From NCBI GenBank assembly GCA_044226515.1, contig JBGAGX010000016.1, positions 9,658-73,657 on the forward strand: DNA of 64,000 bases. The letters run 5' to 3'. The stretch is from Flavobacteriales bacterium (lineage in GTDB: Bacteria > Bacteroidota > Bacteroidia > Flavobacteriales_F > PHOS-HE28). A program made the translations under genes and the position numbers. The notes under the pieces were generated by a model. It was not told the DNA's origin, did not search any database, and saw only the letters and a program-made list of their open reading frames with translations. Positions 1 to 9,120 of the stretch are shown in pieces (positions within the stretch are counted from its first letter, which is position 1; every line of letters begins with the position of its first letter).

Positions 1-1
1 C

Positions 2-1048
2 GCCGGCAACCTGCCCAGCAGCGCCGCCCTCATGGGCAACACCGTGGTGTGGAAGTGCGCCGACAGCCAGGTGTACAGCGCGCAGGTGATCATGGACCTC
101 TTCCGCGCCGCAGGCCTGCCCGGCGGGGTCATCAACCTCGTCCACGTGAGCGGCAAGGACGCCGGGGAGGTGATCTTCAACCACCCCGACTTCGCCGGCA
201 TCCATTTCACCGGCAGCACCAGCGTGTTCCAGACCATCTGGTCCACCATCGGCGCCAACATCCGCACCTACCGCAGCTACCCGCGCATCGTGGGCGAGAC
301 CGGCGGCAAGGACTTCGTGATCGCGCACCCCAGCGCCGACCCCGTGGAGGTGGCCACCGCGCTGAGCCGCGGCGCCTTCGAGTTCCAGGGGCAGAAGTGC
401 AGCGCCGCCAGCCGCGCCTACATCCCCAGCAACCTGTGGCCCACCGTGAAGAAGGAGCTGCTCGCCGACCTGGAGAGTTTCAAGATGGGCAGCCCGCGCG
501 ACCCCAAGAACTTCATCAACGCCGTGATCGACGAGAAGGCCTTCGACAAGATCGCTTCGTACATCGACGGATTGAAGAAGGACCGGAAGAACGTGAGCAT
601 CATCGCCGGCGGCACCTACGACAAGAGCCAGGGCTGGTTCATCGCGCCCACCGTGGCCGTGACCAAGGACCCCAAGAGCACCACCATGTGCGAGGAGATC
701 TTCGGGCCCGTGCTCACCATCTACGTGTACCCCGAGAACGAGTGGGCGAAGACCCTGAAGCTCGTGGACGCCACCAGCCCCTACGCCCTCACCGGCGCGG
801 TGTTCAGCCTGGACCGCGCGGCCATCGTGGAGGCCACCGACGCCCTGCGGAACGCGGCCGGCAATTTCTACATCAACGACAAGCCCACCGGGGCCGTGGT
901 GGGCCAGCAGCCCTTCGGCGGCGCGCGCGGCAGCGGCACCAACGACAAGGCCGGCAGCTACCTCAACCTGCTCCGCTGGGTGAACGCCCGCACCATCAAG
1001 GAGAACTTCGTGCCGCCCACGGACCACCGGTATCCGTTCATGGCGTAA
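2..1048 (+). CDS. pruA: L-glutamate gamma-semialdehyde (P5C) dehydrogenase, 5'-truncated by window edge
   Basis: ALDH motifs FTGST, GETGGKDF, FEFQGQKCSAASR (catalytic Cys), EEIFGP, QQPFGGARGSGTNDKAG; frame open from position 2 (AGNLPSSAALMGN...). Confidence 0.95.
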   Translation, partial: AGNLPSSAALMGNTVVWKCADSQVYSAQVIMDLFRAAGLPGGVINLVHVSGKDAGEVIFNHPDFAGIHFTGSTSVFQTIWSTIGANIRTYRSYPRIVGETGGKDFVIAHPSADPVEVATALSRGAFEFQGQKCSAASRAYIPSNLWPTVKKELLADLESFKMGSPRDPKNFINAVIDEKAFDKIASYIDGLKKDRKNVSIIAGGTYDKSQGWFIAPTVAVTKDPKSTTMCEEIFGPVLTIYVYPENEWAKTLKLVDATSPYALTGAVFSLDRAAIVEATDALRNAAGNFYINDKPTGAVVGQQPFGGARGSGTNDKAGSYLNLLRWVNARTIKENFVPPTDHRYPFMA

Positions 1049-1105
1049 GGCGCTGTCCGGGCAATTCCGGTGCTATCTTGACGTTGGGCAGCCAAGCCCG
1101 ATGCC

Positions 1106-2461
1106 ATGAAGTACGCCCTGCTCATACTGTTGGTGCTTGTGAACGCGCTCGGGGCTGTTCGAGCGCAAAGCGTGAACTACGATGATGTCGTGGTGGTGGT
1201 GAACAGCAACGACAGCGTATCGGTGGCCTTGGGCAACTACTTCATGGCGGCGCGGTCCATTCCGGCCGTGAACCTCATCGCCGTGGACGCCCCTGCCGTG
1301 GAGACCGTCGATGCGGCCCAGTTCCAGGCCATCCGATACCAGATCAAGGGCTACATGACGGCGAACAACCTGGTCGGGCCGATCAACTACATGGTGATGA
1401 TGAAGGGGATGCCGCATCGGGTGGGCACGAGCTACTGTGATTCCGTTCCTCCGAATGGCTGTTCCTCCATGGACTCTGAATTGACCTTACTGTTGAGTCC
1501 GGATTCAGCATTGATCTTGGGGAGCGGAGGAGCGCAGAACCCGCTCTTTCAATCCATGTCAGAGCACATTTTCGCTATCGACCACACGTTGCTGGTGACC
1601 CGCCTCGACGGATATACAGCGACCGACGTGACATCCCTTATCGGTCGAAGCGGCCCCTTGCTCCCGACATCTATGCAAGATGCCCTCCTCGTAGGCGACG
1701 TGAAGAATGCTACGACGCCGACGTTCAACACCTATTTCTGGGGTGTATTCAACTCTTATCTGGATCCGCTCGGCACGGCTGGTTGGAATACGCTAGTGGA
1801 TACGTCCAACTTAACGCTGACCGGCTTGATCAACGTAGCGGCATACCTCAGCCATGACGGGCTACCCGTACAAGGCACACCCGACTTGGAGTGGACCAAC
1901 GGTGCGCTGGCGATGGCATACACCTACTTTACAGCTGGTTCATTTGACCCGGGCGTTACTGATACCCGCAAACTGCGCTGCGCCGATCTGGTGGCAGATG
2001 GAGCCTCAGGGATCCGAGGGTCGGTCCGACAGGCGTTCGCTTCGGAACAGGTGGATATGGGCTACACGCTACAGCGCTACCTGGGCCAACCCGGTTCAAA
2101 CCTGGCTGAGAGTTTCTATTCAGGGATCCAACTCCTCTCCCGTTCAGACCTCATCATTGGCGACCCGAAGACCTCGCTCGAGATCACCGTTGGCTTGGGC
2201 CCGGACCTTACGACCTCGACGACCACGATCACCTGCTTCCCGAACCCGGCGACCGACATGCTGACCATCCCCATGGACCGCTACAAGGTCCGGCAGTACC
2301 GGGTCCTCACCCTTGACGGACGCATTGCGGCCATGGGAGATGGACCTTCAGGCTCCGGCCCCCTCAGCCTCAGTGTGAGCGACCTTGCCCCGGGCACCTA
2401 CCTGCTCCAAGTGACCACGACCGATGGTTCCCGTACCGGCCGTTTCTGCGTGGTGCATTGA
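1106..2461 (+). CDS. Secreted TIGR03790-like protein with T9SS type A C-terminal sorting domain
   Basis: Signal peptide; VVVVNSNDSVSVALGNYF...IPAVNL, LLVTRLDG, NLAESFY, IIGDP resemble TIGR03790; C-terminal FPNPATD...LAPGTYLLQV is a T9SS CTD. Confidence 0.75.
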   Translation: MKYALLILLVLVNALGAVRAQSVNYDDVVVVVNSNDSVSVALGNYFMAARSIPAVNLIAVDAPAVETVDAAQFQAIRYQIKGYMTANNLVGPINYMVMMKGMPHRVGTSYCDSVPPNGCSSMDSELTLLLSPDSALILGSGGAQNPLFQSMSEHIFAIDHTLLVTRLDGYTATDVTSLIGRSGPLLPTSMQDALLVGDVKNATTPTFNTYFWGVFNSYLDPLGTAGWNTLVDTSNLTLTGLINVAAYLSHDGLPVQGTPDLEWTNGALAMAYTYFTAGSFDPGVTDTRKLRCADLVADGASGIRGSVRQAFASEQVDMGYTLQRYLGQPGSNLAESFYSGIQLLSRSDLIIGDPKTSLEITVGLGPDLTTSTTTITCFPNPATDMLTIPMDRYKVRQYRVLTLDGRIAAMGDGPSGSGPLSLSVSDLAPGTYLLQVTTTDGSRTGRFCVVH

Positions 2462-2546
2462 CCCGCACCCGATCCCACGATCGATCGTTCATTTCCGCCG
2501 ATCGGGCCGCCCCGCCGCTGCCCTGCGCCCGGCCGACCTTCACACC

Positions 2547-2861
2547 GTGAAAGAGAAGCTGCTCCGCTTCGTGCCCCGGCGCCTGCGCAACCGGTATGGT
2601 GCGGGCATCCTGTTCTTCGTGGCGTGGGTGGCCTTCTTCGACGACCACGACCTGTGGACCACGTGGAAATTGCGCCGCCAGCTGCACGACCTGCAGGAGG
2701 AGCACGCCTATTACGCCGGCCAGATCCAGGTGACGCGCGAACGCATCGACCAGCTCAACAGCGACGCTGCCCTGCTGGAGAAGTTCGCCCGCGAGCGCTA
2801 CATGTTCAAGCGCGACAACGAGGACATCTTCGTGCTGGTGGCCGAGGAGCCGAAGAAGTAA
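2547..2861 (+). CDS. Septum formation initiator (FtsB/DivIC family)
   Basis: GTG start at 2547; one TM helix (FFVAWVAFFD), coiled coil, LEKFARERYMFKRDNEDIF motif. Confidence 0.85.
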   Translation: MKEKLLRFVPRRLRNRYGAGILFFVAWVAFFDDHDLWTTWKLRRQLHDLQEEHAYYAGQIQVTRERIDQLNSDAALLEKFARERYMFKRDNEDIFVLVAEEPKK

Positions 2862-2863
2862 GC

Positions 2864-2936
2864 CGTTGTTCGTTGTCCGTTGTTCGTCGGGAACGTGCGC
2901 TCACGATGCACGATGCACGGACAACGATGCACGACG
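2864..2936. repeat. Two opposed arrays of degenerate heptamers forming an imperfect hairpin between convergent genes
   Basis: CGTTGTT/CGTTGTC/CGTTGTT at 2864-2884 and CACGATG-like units x5 at 2902-2936; TCGTTGTCCGT (2870-2880) is the exact reverse complement of ACGGACAACGA (2917-2927). Confidence 0.7.
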
Positions 2937-2942
2937 CCCCCC

Positions 2943-4007
2943 TCAGAACCGTGCGCACAAGGCCGTGGTGAAGGCCCAGTTGGTGGTGGTGGGCAGGCCG
3001 TCGGCGTCGGTGAACCGCTTGTCGGGGTCGTTGAGGGTGCGGGCCTCCACGCGCCACAGCACGGCATCGCTCACCTGAAGGTCGGCACCGAGGCTTAGCC
3101 CCAGGGTGTTGAGCCCGCCCTGGACCACCACGGCATCATCGTCCAGGAAATACTCCATGCGGCCCACGGCCCACCACCGCCTGGCGAAGCGCTGCCGGTA
3201 CACGCCCCAGGCGCTGAGCCAGCCCTGCCAGGTGGAACCGGGAAAGGCCTGCTGCAAGCCCAGGTCGAAGCCCAGGTTGGTCACGAAGCCATCGCCCTTC
3301 ACCGTGGTGTAGAGGTCGCTGTAGAGGCGCGTAGCACCCAGGCTGTCCGGTCCCCAAGCGCCGGCGTAGGTGCTCCAGTTCAGGGTGGTGCCGCCCACCG
3401 CTGTGTATTGCAGCTGCGTACCGGCGGCCATGCGGTTCCAGCCGTCGGGGCGCTGGATCTGCTGCCAGCCGTTGAGCAGGAAGGCGGCCACGTACCACTT
3501 CGATGTGGGGCGGTAGCCCAGCCGCGCACCGGCCTCGTAGTAGGGCGAGTTCTCGGCCACCACGCTGCGGGTGAGCGTGGGACAGTCCGCGCCGATGGCC
3601 CCTTCGGACCCGATGTGCGAAGGGAAGACCCCGGCATCCACCCACAGGTCGCGCGAGCGGGAGAGCCGAACACCCACGGTGGCCTCGTACAGGTATTGCA
3701 GGGCGGCGGGTTCAGCGGCCAGGTTGTACTGCGCATAGGTGCCGGCCATCAGGCCCACGGCGGCCCGCACGTTGCTGCGGGTGTATTCCCCACGCAGCAG
3801 CGCCAGGTTCGCGGCCACCTCGTTGGTGCGCTTGTGGTTGTACAGAAAGGCCGGCCGCTCGTTGTCCGCGGGCCGCGCCAGGTCGTAGCTGTAGTACACC
3901 TCGGCGTAGCCCGTGAGCTTCAGCGCACTGCTGTCACCCGTCACCTGGGCGAGCGCGGCGGTGGCGCTCATCAGGGGAAGGCAGAGCAGGGCGGCACGGG
4001 GCATCAT
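2943..4007 (-). CDS. Outer-membrane beta-barrel porin (BBP2/OmpL-like)
   Basis: Signal peptide; GYAEVYYSYD, DAGVFPSHIG, ENSPYYEAG, NGWQ motifs; terminal Phe. Confidence 0.8.
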   Translation of the reverse strand: MMPRAALLCLPLMSATAALAQVTGDSSALKLTGYAEVYYSYDLARPADNERPAFLYNHKRTNEVAANLALLRGEYTRSNVRAAVGLMAGTYAQYNLAAEPAALQYLYEATVGVRLSRSRDLWVDAGVFPSHIGSEGAIGADCPTLTRSVVAENSPYYEAGARLGYRPTSKWYVAAFLLNGWQQIQRPDGWNRMAAGTQLQYTAVGGTTLNWSTYAGAWGPDSLGATRLYSDLYTTVKGDGFVTNLGFDLGLQQAFPGSTWQGWLSAWGVYRQRFARRWWAVGRMEYFLDDDAVVVQGGLNTLGLSLGADLQVSDAVLWRVEARTLNDPDKRFTDADGLPTTTNWAFTTALCARF

Positions 4008-4066
4008 GGCCCCAAATTACCGTCCATCCTGCCATCCACGCCTTTCAGCGCCCGGTCCGAAACTGC

Positions 4067-4537
4067 TCAGTGGTGGTGCCCGCCTTCGCCGTGCACGTGC
4101 CCGTGGCTCAGCTCATCGGCCGTGGCCATGCGCACATCGGTGATCTCCACGTTGAAGTGCAGCGTCACACCGGCGAGGGGGTGGTTGCCGTTCAGCATGG
4201 CGTGGCCATCGACCACGTCCACCACGCTCCACACCATGTTGTCGGGGGTCTGGAACTGCATGCCGGCCTCCACGTTCTGGCCACCGAAGCGGTCCAGGGG
4301 CACCTTCTGCATGAGCTCGGGGTTCACTTCGCCGTAGCCCTGATCGGGGGCCACTTCGGCCTTGAGCTTGGTGCCCGCGGTCCTGCCCTCCAGCTGCTGC
4401 TCCAGGCCGGGCACGATCATGCCCATGCCGTGGATGTAGGCGAAGGCCTCGCGGCCGTCGCTGGAGTCGAGGATGTTGCCCTCGGGGTCGTTCAGCGTGT
4501 AGTGGAAGGAGACGACCGCGTTCTTGGTGATCTGCAT
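4067..4537 (-). CDS. slyD: FKBP-type peptidyl-prolyl isomerase SlyD
   Basis: VVSFHYTL...LDSS, YIHG..IVPGLE, NHPLAGVTLHF, His-rich tail HGHVHGEGGHHH. Confidence 0.92.
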   Translation of the reverse strand: MQITKNAVVSFHYTLNDPEGNILDSSDGREAFAYIHGMGMIVPGLEQQLEGRTAGTKLKAEVAPDQGYGEVNPELMQKVPLDRFGGQNVEAGMQFQTPDNMVWSVVDVVDGHAMLNGNHPLAGVTLHFNVEITDVRMATADELSHGHVHGEGGHHH

Positions 4538-4583
4538 CGTTGGGGAATAGGCCGCGAAGGTACGTCCCCTCCGGCCTTGGCCA

Positions 4584-4599
4584 TGTGCCGATCGTCACA
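4584..4599. promoter_or_regulatory. CRP/FNR-family-like box upstream of slyD
   Basis: TGTGC-CGATCG-TCACA, 21 nt upstream of a minus-strand TACCTTCG -7-like element (4555-4562). Confidence 0.5.
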
Positions 4600-4653
4600 G
4601 GTGCGGGGCGTGGCCCTTGCGCGAACATGACGGGGAACAGCACGGCGGCCCGG

Positions 4654-4661
4654 TAGCTTTG
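4654..4661 (+). promoter_or_regulatory. Bacteroidota sigma70 -7 element for rrf2
   Basis: TAGCTTTG matches TAnnTTTG; 11 nt before the ATG. Confidence 0.65.
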
Positions 4662-4672
4662 CGGCGCCCGCG

Positions 4673-5107
4673 ATGTTCTCGAAAGCTTGTGAATATGCCA
4701 TCCGCGCCGCGATCCTCGTGGCCACGGCCTCCATCGACGGGGAGCGCTGCAACGTGAAGGTGATCGCCGAGCGCACCGGCAGCCCGGAGGCCTTCATGGC
4801 CAAGACGCTGCAGAAGCTCTCACATGCGGGGATGATCGTGTCGTCAAAGGGTCCCGGAGGCGGCTTCGTGATGCCGCCGCGCCTGTCGCGCACGGTGAAG
4901 CTGGCGGACATCGTGAAGCTCATCGATGATGACTCCATCTACAAGGGCTGCGCGCTCGGCCTGCCGCAATGCGACCACGAGCACCCCTGTCCGCTGCACG
5001 AACGCTTCCTGAAGGTACGCGAGAACCTGCGGCGCATGCTGGAGAGCACCACCGTGCACGACCTGGCCACCGGCCTCAAGGAAGGCACGACCTTCCTCGT
5101 TCGATGA
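4673..5107 (+). CDS. Rrf2-family transcriptional regulator (likely Fe-S binding)
   Basis: MFSKACEYAIRA, SSKGPGGGF wing, C-x6-C-x5-CPLH cysteine cluster. Confidence 0.92.
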   Translation: MFSKACEYAIRAAILVATASIDGERCNVKVIAERTGSPEAFMAKTLQKLSHAGMIVSSKGPGGGFVMPPRLSRTVKLADIVKLIDDDSIYKGCALGLPQCDHEHPCPLHERFLKVRENLRRMLESTTVHDLATGLKEGTTFLVR

Positions 5108-5186
5108 CGGCCATCATGGTCCGCCGCTGAGGACCTCTGTTCCTTGGCCCCGTTCCGGAAAGGCGGGCCGCTCCGCACGGCCCCAC

Positions 5187-5194
5187 TAGCTTTG
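5187..5194 (+). promoter_or_regulatory. Bacteroidota -7 element for the crp/fnr gene
   Basis: TAGCTTTG, 11 nt before ATG 5206. Confidence 0.6.
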
Positions 5195-5205
5195 AAGCAT
5201 CGACC

Positions 5206-5913
5206 ATGCCTTTCAGCAAGCAACGCAACCTCGGGGGTGAGCTCGCGCGCCTGAGCGAGCTCATCGAGCAACACTGCTCCCCGGAGTGGCGGCAGCTCAT
5301 GCGCGAGCGCCTCGGGGTGATGACCTTCCGGAAGGGGGAGGTGATCTTCTCGCAGGGGCAGATCGCCGAGCACATGTTCATGATCGAACAGGGCAAGGTG
5401 AAGGTGGAGGTCGCCTTCAGCAGGGATTCCTCCCGCATCGTGCGGCTGGCGGGCGACGGTGATGTGCTCGGGCACCGCGGCATCGGCAGCACCATGGTGT
5501 ACGCGGCCTCCGGCATCGCGCTGACCGACACCACGGTGAACCACATCCCCATGAGCCTCTTCCTCAGCGTGCTCAAGGCCAACAGCCTCTTCTGCTACCA
5601 CTTCCTCCTCTTCTTCGCCGACGAGCTGCGCCGTGCCGACCACCAGCTGCGCGACCAGCGGTACATGACCGTGCAGCAGCGGGTGGCGAAGGCGCTGAAG
5701 CTGAACCTTGATGCCTTCGGCACCGATGCCAAGGACCCGCGCAAGCTGGCGTTCACCCTGAGCCGGAAGGACATCGCGAACATCGCGGACACCACCTACG
5801 AGTCGGTGATCCGTACGCTGGCCGAGCTCCAGCGGCAGGGCGTGATCGAGCTCTACGGCAAGGAGGTCCGCATCCTGCGGCGGAAGGAGCTGCTGGAGGC
5901 GATGGCCGGTTGA
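5206..5913 (+). CDS. Crp/Fnr-family transcriptional regulator
   Basis: cNMP-binding-like domain (FRKGEVIFSQG...GKVKV...GDVLGHR) and HTH LSRKDIANIADTTYESVIRTL. Confidence 0.92.
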   Translation: MPFSKQRNLGGELARLSELIEQHCSPEWRQLMRERLGVMTFRKGEVIFSQGQIAEHMFMIEQGKVKVEVAFSRDSSRIVRLAGDGDVLGHRGIGSTMVYAASGIALTDTTVNHIPMSLFLSVLKANSLFCYHFLLFFADELRRADHQLRDQRYMTVQQRVAKALKLNLDAFGTDAKDPRKLAFTLSRKDIANIADTTYESVIRTLAELQRQGVIELYGKEVRILRRKELLEAMAG

Positions 5914-5922
5914 GCGCGGGGC

Positions 5923-6369
5923 CTACGCACCGTCCGCCGCGGACCATTCGGCCCAGCTCGTCGCCGTCTCCTGCAAGCGCACGTGCACCAGATCCATGCC
6001 GGCAGACATCGCGGCGCGCAGGGTGTAAACGATGTCGAGCAGCATGTTCTCGCAGGTGGGCTGCCAGGGGGTGAGCCGCACGCGCTTCATGGCCGCCTCG
6101 CCCGTGGGGCGTGATGCCGTGTCGTCCTCGTGCAGCAGCAGCACGTGGTCGTAGCGGTCCACCACGGCGGCCTTCACCACGGCCTTCAGGTCGGCGAAGT
6201 CGATCACCATGCCGTCCTTCGGATGGCCCGGTTCCCGGCGCGGTGTGCCTGCGAGGGTGACGTCGAGCACGTAAGAATGTCCGTGGATGCTGGCGCACAG
6301 GCCGTCGTGGCACTGCAGCGCGTGCGCGGTCTCGAAGGTGAAGCGCTTGGTGACGCGAACGGTGGACAT
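5923..6369 (-). CDS. queD: 6-carboxytetrahydropterin synthase (QueD/PTPS family)
   Basis: TKRFTFETAH, CASIHGHSY (CxxxHGH), GMVIDF, PTCEN, ETATSWA. Confidence 0.88.
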   Translation of the reverse strand: MSTVRVTKRFTFETAHALQCHDGLCASIHGHSYVLDVTLAGTPRREPGHPKDGMVIDFADLKAVVKAAVVDRYDHVLLLHEDDTASRPTGEAAMKRVRLTPWQPTCENMLLDIVYTLRAAMSAGMDLVHVRLQETATSWAEWSAADGA

Positions 6370-6394
6370 CGGCCGCGAAAGTAGGGCGTGGCAC

Positions 6395-8980
6395 CTAGCC
6401 GCACTTCGTTCCGCCGCAGCTCCGGCACTTCAGGCAGCCTTCCTCGTAATAGAGCCCTTCCGCGTCGCCGCATTCAGGGCACTTCCTGCCCAACGCTTGC
6501 GTGCCATCGGGGATGTAGCGCTGCAGGGCGCGCACCACCCCGTTCTTCCAGGTGTTCAGCGTGGCCTCGTAGAGGTTGAGGTTGGCCACCACGTCCACCA
6601 CCTGTGGCACGGGCATGCCCTGGCGCAGCATGCCGCTGATGAGGATGGCGTAGTTCCAGAACTCGGGGTCGAAGGTGCGGCTGAGCCCCTGCACGGTCAC
6701 GCGGAAATCGTCCGCATCGGCGTACTCGAGGTCATAGATGTTCTTGTTCAGGCGGGGGTCCCTCCGCTTCACCACCCAGCCCTTGGTCACCCACCGGGGA
6801 AGCTCGAAGCCTCCGTTCGCCTTGCCCGTGAAGATCTCGTACGGCGCGCCGTCGAGCAGGCCCACCACGGCGATCCAGGGTTCCTCGCCGTTGTTGAAGC
6901 GCAGCACGTCGGCCTCCAGGCGTTCGGGGCGGCTCACGTGATGGGGCTCCGGGCTGCGCTCCGCAGTACCGACCAGCACCCCGCTGCGGCTGCCTTCGCG
7001 GTACACGGTGATGCCCTTGAGCCCCTGGTGCCAGGCCTCGAGGTAGATCGCGCCCACCTGCTCAACGGTCGCTTCCGCAGGGAGGTTGATGGTGCTGCTG
7101 ATGGAATGCGTGGTGTACTTCTGCACCACCGCCTGCATGCGGATCCGGCTGCGCCGGTCGATGTCGTTCGCGGTGGCACCCGCGTACGGGCCCTCGGCCG
7201 CATCGCTCTTGCCCGTGGCCTTCATCCAATCCAGCAGGCGCGGGTGGTGCACCGTGAACTCCTCCCATTGGTCGCCCATGGCATCGGTGAAGGTGTGTCG
7301 GGCGCCTGCCCCGGTCAACGCACCGGGGTCGCCCGGCACCACCTTGCGGCGGCGCGTATAGCCGAGCATGAACACCGGCTCGATACCGCTGCTGGTGCGT
7401 GTGAGCAGGCTTAACGTACCGGTGGGGGCCACGGTGCTGAGGCTGATGTTGCGACGTCCGTACCGCATCATGCGGTCGTGCACCTCGGGCAGCTCCTGCT
7501 TCAGCATGGCCACGAAATCCGAGGTGCGTTCGATGGCCGGATCGAAGGCCTCGAAGGCCCCGCGCTCGATGGCCAGGTCGATGCTGCTGTCGAACTCCGC
7601 GCGGCACTTGGTGCGCAGGATGTCCTCGGTGGCCTCGATGGCGGCATCGCTGTCGTACTTGAGGTTCATCGCGGCGAGGGCGTCGGCCAGGCCGGTGAAG
7701 CCGAGCCCGGTGCGCCGGCCTTTGCGGCCCGTGTCGCGCAGCAGCTCCCACGTTTCCCGCTCCACCCGCTTCACCTCATCGGGTTCGGGATCGCTGGCCA
7801 CCTTGGCCAGGATCCGGTCCACGGCCTCCAGCTCCAGGTCCACCAGGTCGTCCATCAGGCGTTGCGCCTCGTAGGTCACCGCAGCGAAGCCTTCGTGGTC
7901 GAACCAAGCCTTTGTGGTGAAGGGATCCTTGACGAAGCTGTACAGGTTCAGGGCGATCAACCGGCAGCTGTCGCCGCCCTGCATGGCGATCTCGCTGCAC
8001 GGGTTGGTGCTCTCGTTGCGGAAGCCCGGGTACACCGAGCTGGTGGAATAGCGGTGCTGACGGTCCCACAGGATGATCCCGGGCTCCGCGGTGCGATGGG
8101 CGCAGCCCACGAGCGTGTTCCAGAGCTCGCGCGCCTTCACGGTGCGCGTCAACTTCGGCACGCCCGCGTCGACCGGCCAGCGCAGCACGAAGTCGCCATC
8201 GGCCTCCACGGCGCGCAGGAACTCGTCGCTCACGCGCACGCTCACGTTCGCCCCGGTCACCTTTCCGAGGTCCTGCTTGATGGTGATGAAGCGCTCCACG
8301 TCGGGATGCGCGATGTCCATGGTGAGCATGAGGGCCCCGCGCCGCCCCTTCTGGGCCACTTCACGCGTGGTGTTGCTGAAGCGCTCCATGAAGCTCACCG
8401 CACCGGTGCTGGTGCGGGCCGCGTTGCGCACGGGCGCATGCTCCGGGCGCAGGGTGCTGAGGTCGAAGCCCACCCCACAACGGCGCTTGAAGAGCTGGGC
8501 GAGCATCTGGTCGTTGCGGAAGATGCCCCCGTAGCTGTCCAGTGGAGCAGGGATCACCACGCAGTTGCTGAGCGATGCGAGCCGGTAAGGATCACCAAGG
8601 GAGGCCATCACGCTTCCCTGCGGCACCACGTGGCGGAAGCCTTCGAACAGGTGGAAGATCCCCTCCTCGTCCAACGCCGCACGTTGTTGTCCATAGGCCG
8701 AAAGCGCCCCGAAGCGATCGGACGGGACCTTACCGTGGGCCGCCTCGATGCGGGCGAACTCCCGCGCCATGCGGCGGTGCATGTCGGTCGGCGTGCGCTC
8801 CAATAGCCTTCCCTCCGGATCACGGAGCGCGTACTTGTTCACCCAGGTGGTGGCCGCCAGCTCATCACCATCGAAATACGCGAGCGAGGCGTTCAGCACC
8901 TCCTCCTTCGTCCAGGTTGGCGGCTCGGGGTTCGCGTGCATGGTGGAGGGCGTCTCGGGGTGGATCTGTGTGTCGGTCAT
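6395..8980 (-). CDS. nrdJ: Adenosylcobalamin-dependent (class II) ribonucleoside-diphosphate reductase
   Basis: LSNCVV, RRGALM, NPCSE thiyl-radical motif, VAPTGT, ISSTINLP, KGITVYREGSR, C-terminal CPEC...EEGCLKCRSCG; start 8980 (alternatives 9004/8941). Confidence 0.93.
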   Translation of the reverse strand: MTDTQIHPETPSTMHANPEPPTWTKEEVLNASLAYFDGDELAATTWVNKYALRDPEGRLLERTPTDMHRRMAREFARIEAAHGKVPSDRFGALSAYGQQRAALDEEGIFHLFEGFRHVVPQGSVMASLGDPYRLASLSNCVVIPAPLDSYGGIFRNDQMLAQLFKRRCGVGFDLSTLRPEHAPVRNAARTSTGAVSFMERFSNTTREVAQKGRRGALMLTMDIAHPDVERFITIKQDLGKVTGANVSVRVSDEFLRAVEADGDFVLRWPVDAGVPKLTRTVKARELWNTLVGCAHRTAEPGIILWDRQHRYSTSSVYPGFRNESTNPCSEIAMQGGDSCRLIALNLYSFVKDPFTTKAWFDHEGFAAVTYEAQRLMDDLVDLELEAVDRILAKVASDPEPDEVKRVERETWELLRDTGRKGRRTGLGFTGLADALAAMNLKYDSDAAIEATEDILRTKCRAEFDSSIDLAIERGAFEAFDPAIERTSDFVAMLKQELPEVHDRMMRYGRRNISLSTVAPTGTLSLLTRTSSGIEPVFMLGYTRRRKVVPGDPGALTGAGARHTFTDAMGDQWEEFTVHHPRLLDWMKATGKSDAAEGPYAGATANDIDRRSRIRMQAVVQKYTTHSISSTINLPAEATVEQVGAIYLEAWHQGLKGITVYREGSRSGVLVGTAERSPEPHHVSRPERLEADVLRFNNGEEPWIAVVGLLDGAPYEIFTGKANGGFELPRWVTKGWVVKRRDPRLNKNIYDLEYADADDFRVTVQGLSRTFDPEFWNYAILISGMLRQGMPVPQVVDVVANLNLYEATLNTWKNGVVRALQRYIPDGTQALGRKCPECGDAEGLYYEEGCLKCRSCGGTKCG

Positions 8981-9031
8981 GGAAGGGGATCTTGGGGGCG
9001 CCAAAGCTGCCCGCCGATCACATCCTCATTT

Positions 9032-9047
9032 CATGATACCCTTCATA
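9032..9047. promoter_or_regulatory. CRP/FNR-like box upstream of nrdJ
   Basis: CATGA-TACCCT-TCATA, 22 nt upstream of minus-strand CAGCTTTG (9002-9009). Confidence 0.45.
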
Positions 9048-9120
9048 TTCGGATCACCCTTCATCAACCGGCTTATGAACGATCCCTCTCCAAGATACGC
9101 GACCGGGGCAGCGACCTCCG

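Noticed and set aside
2864-2936. CRISPR array
   Set aside because: Units are 7 bp with no unique spacers, and no cas genes are present
6395-8980. Intein or intron in nrdJ
   Set aside because: Normal length and motif order; no C...HN-C/S/T splice signature or homing endonuclease seen
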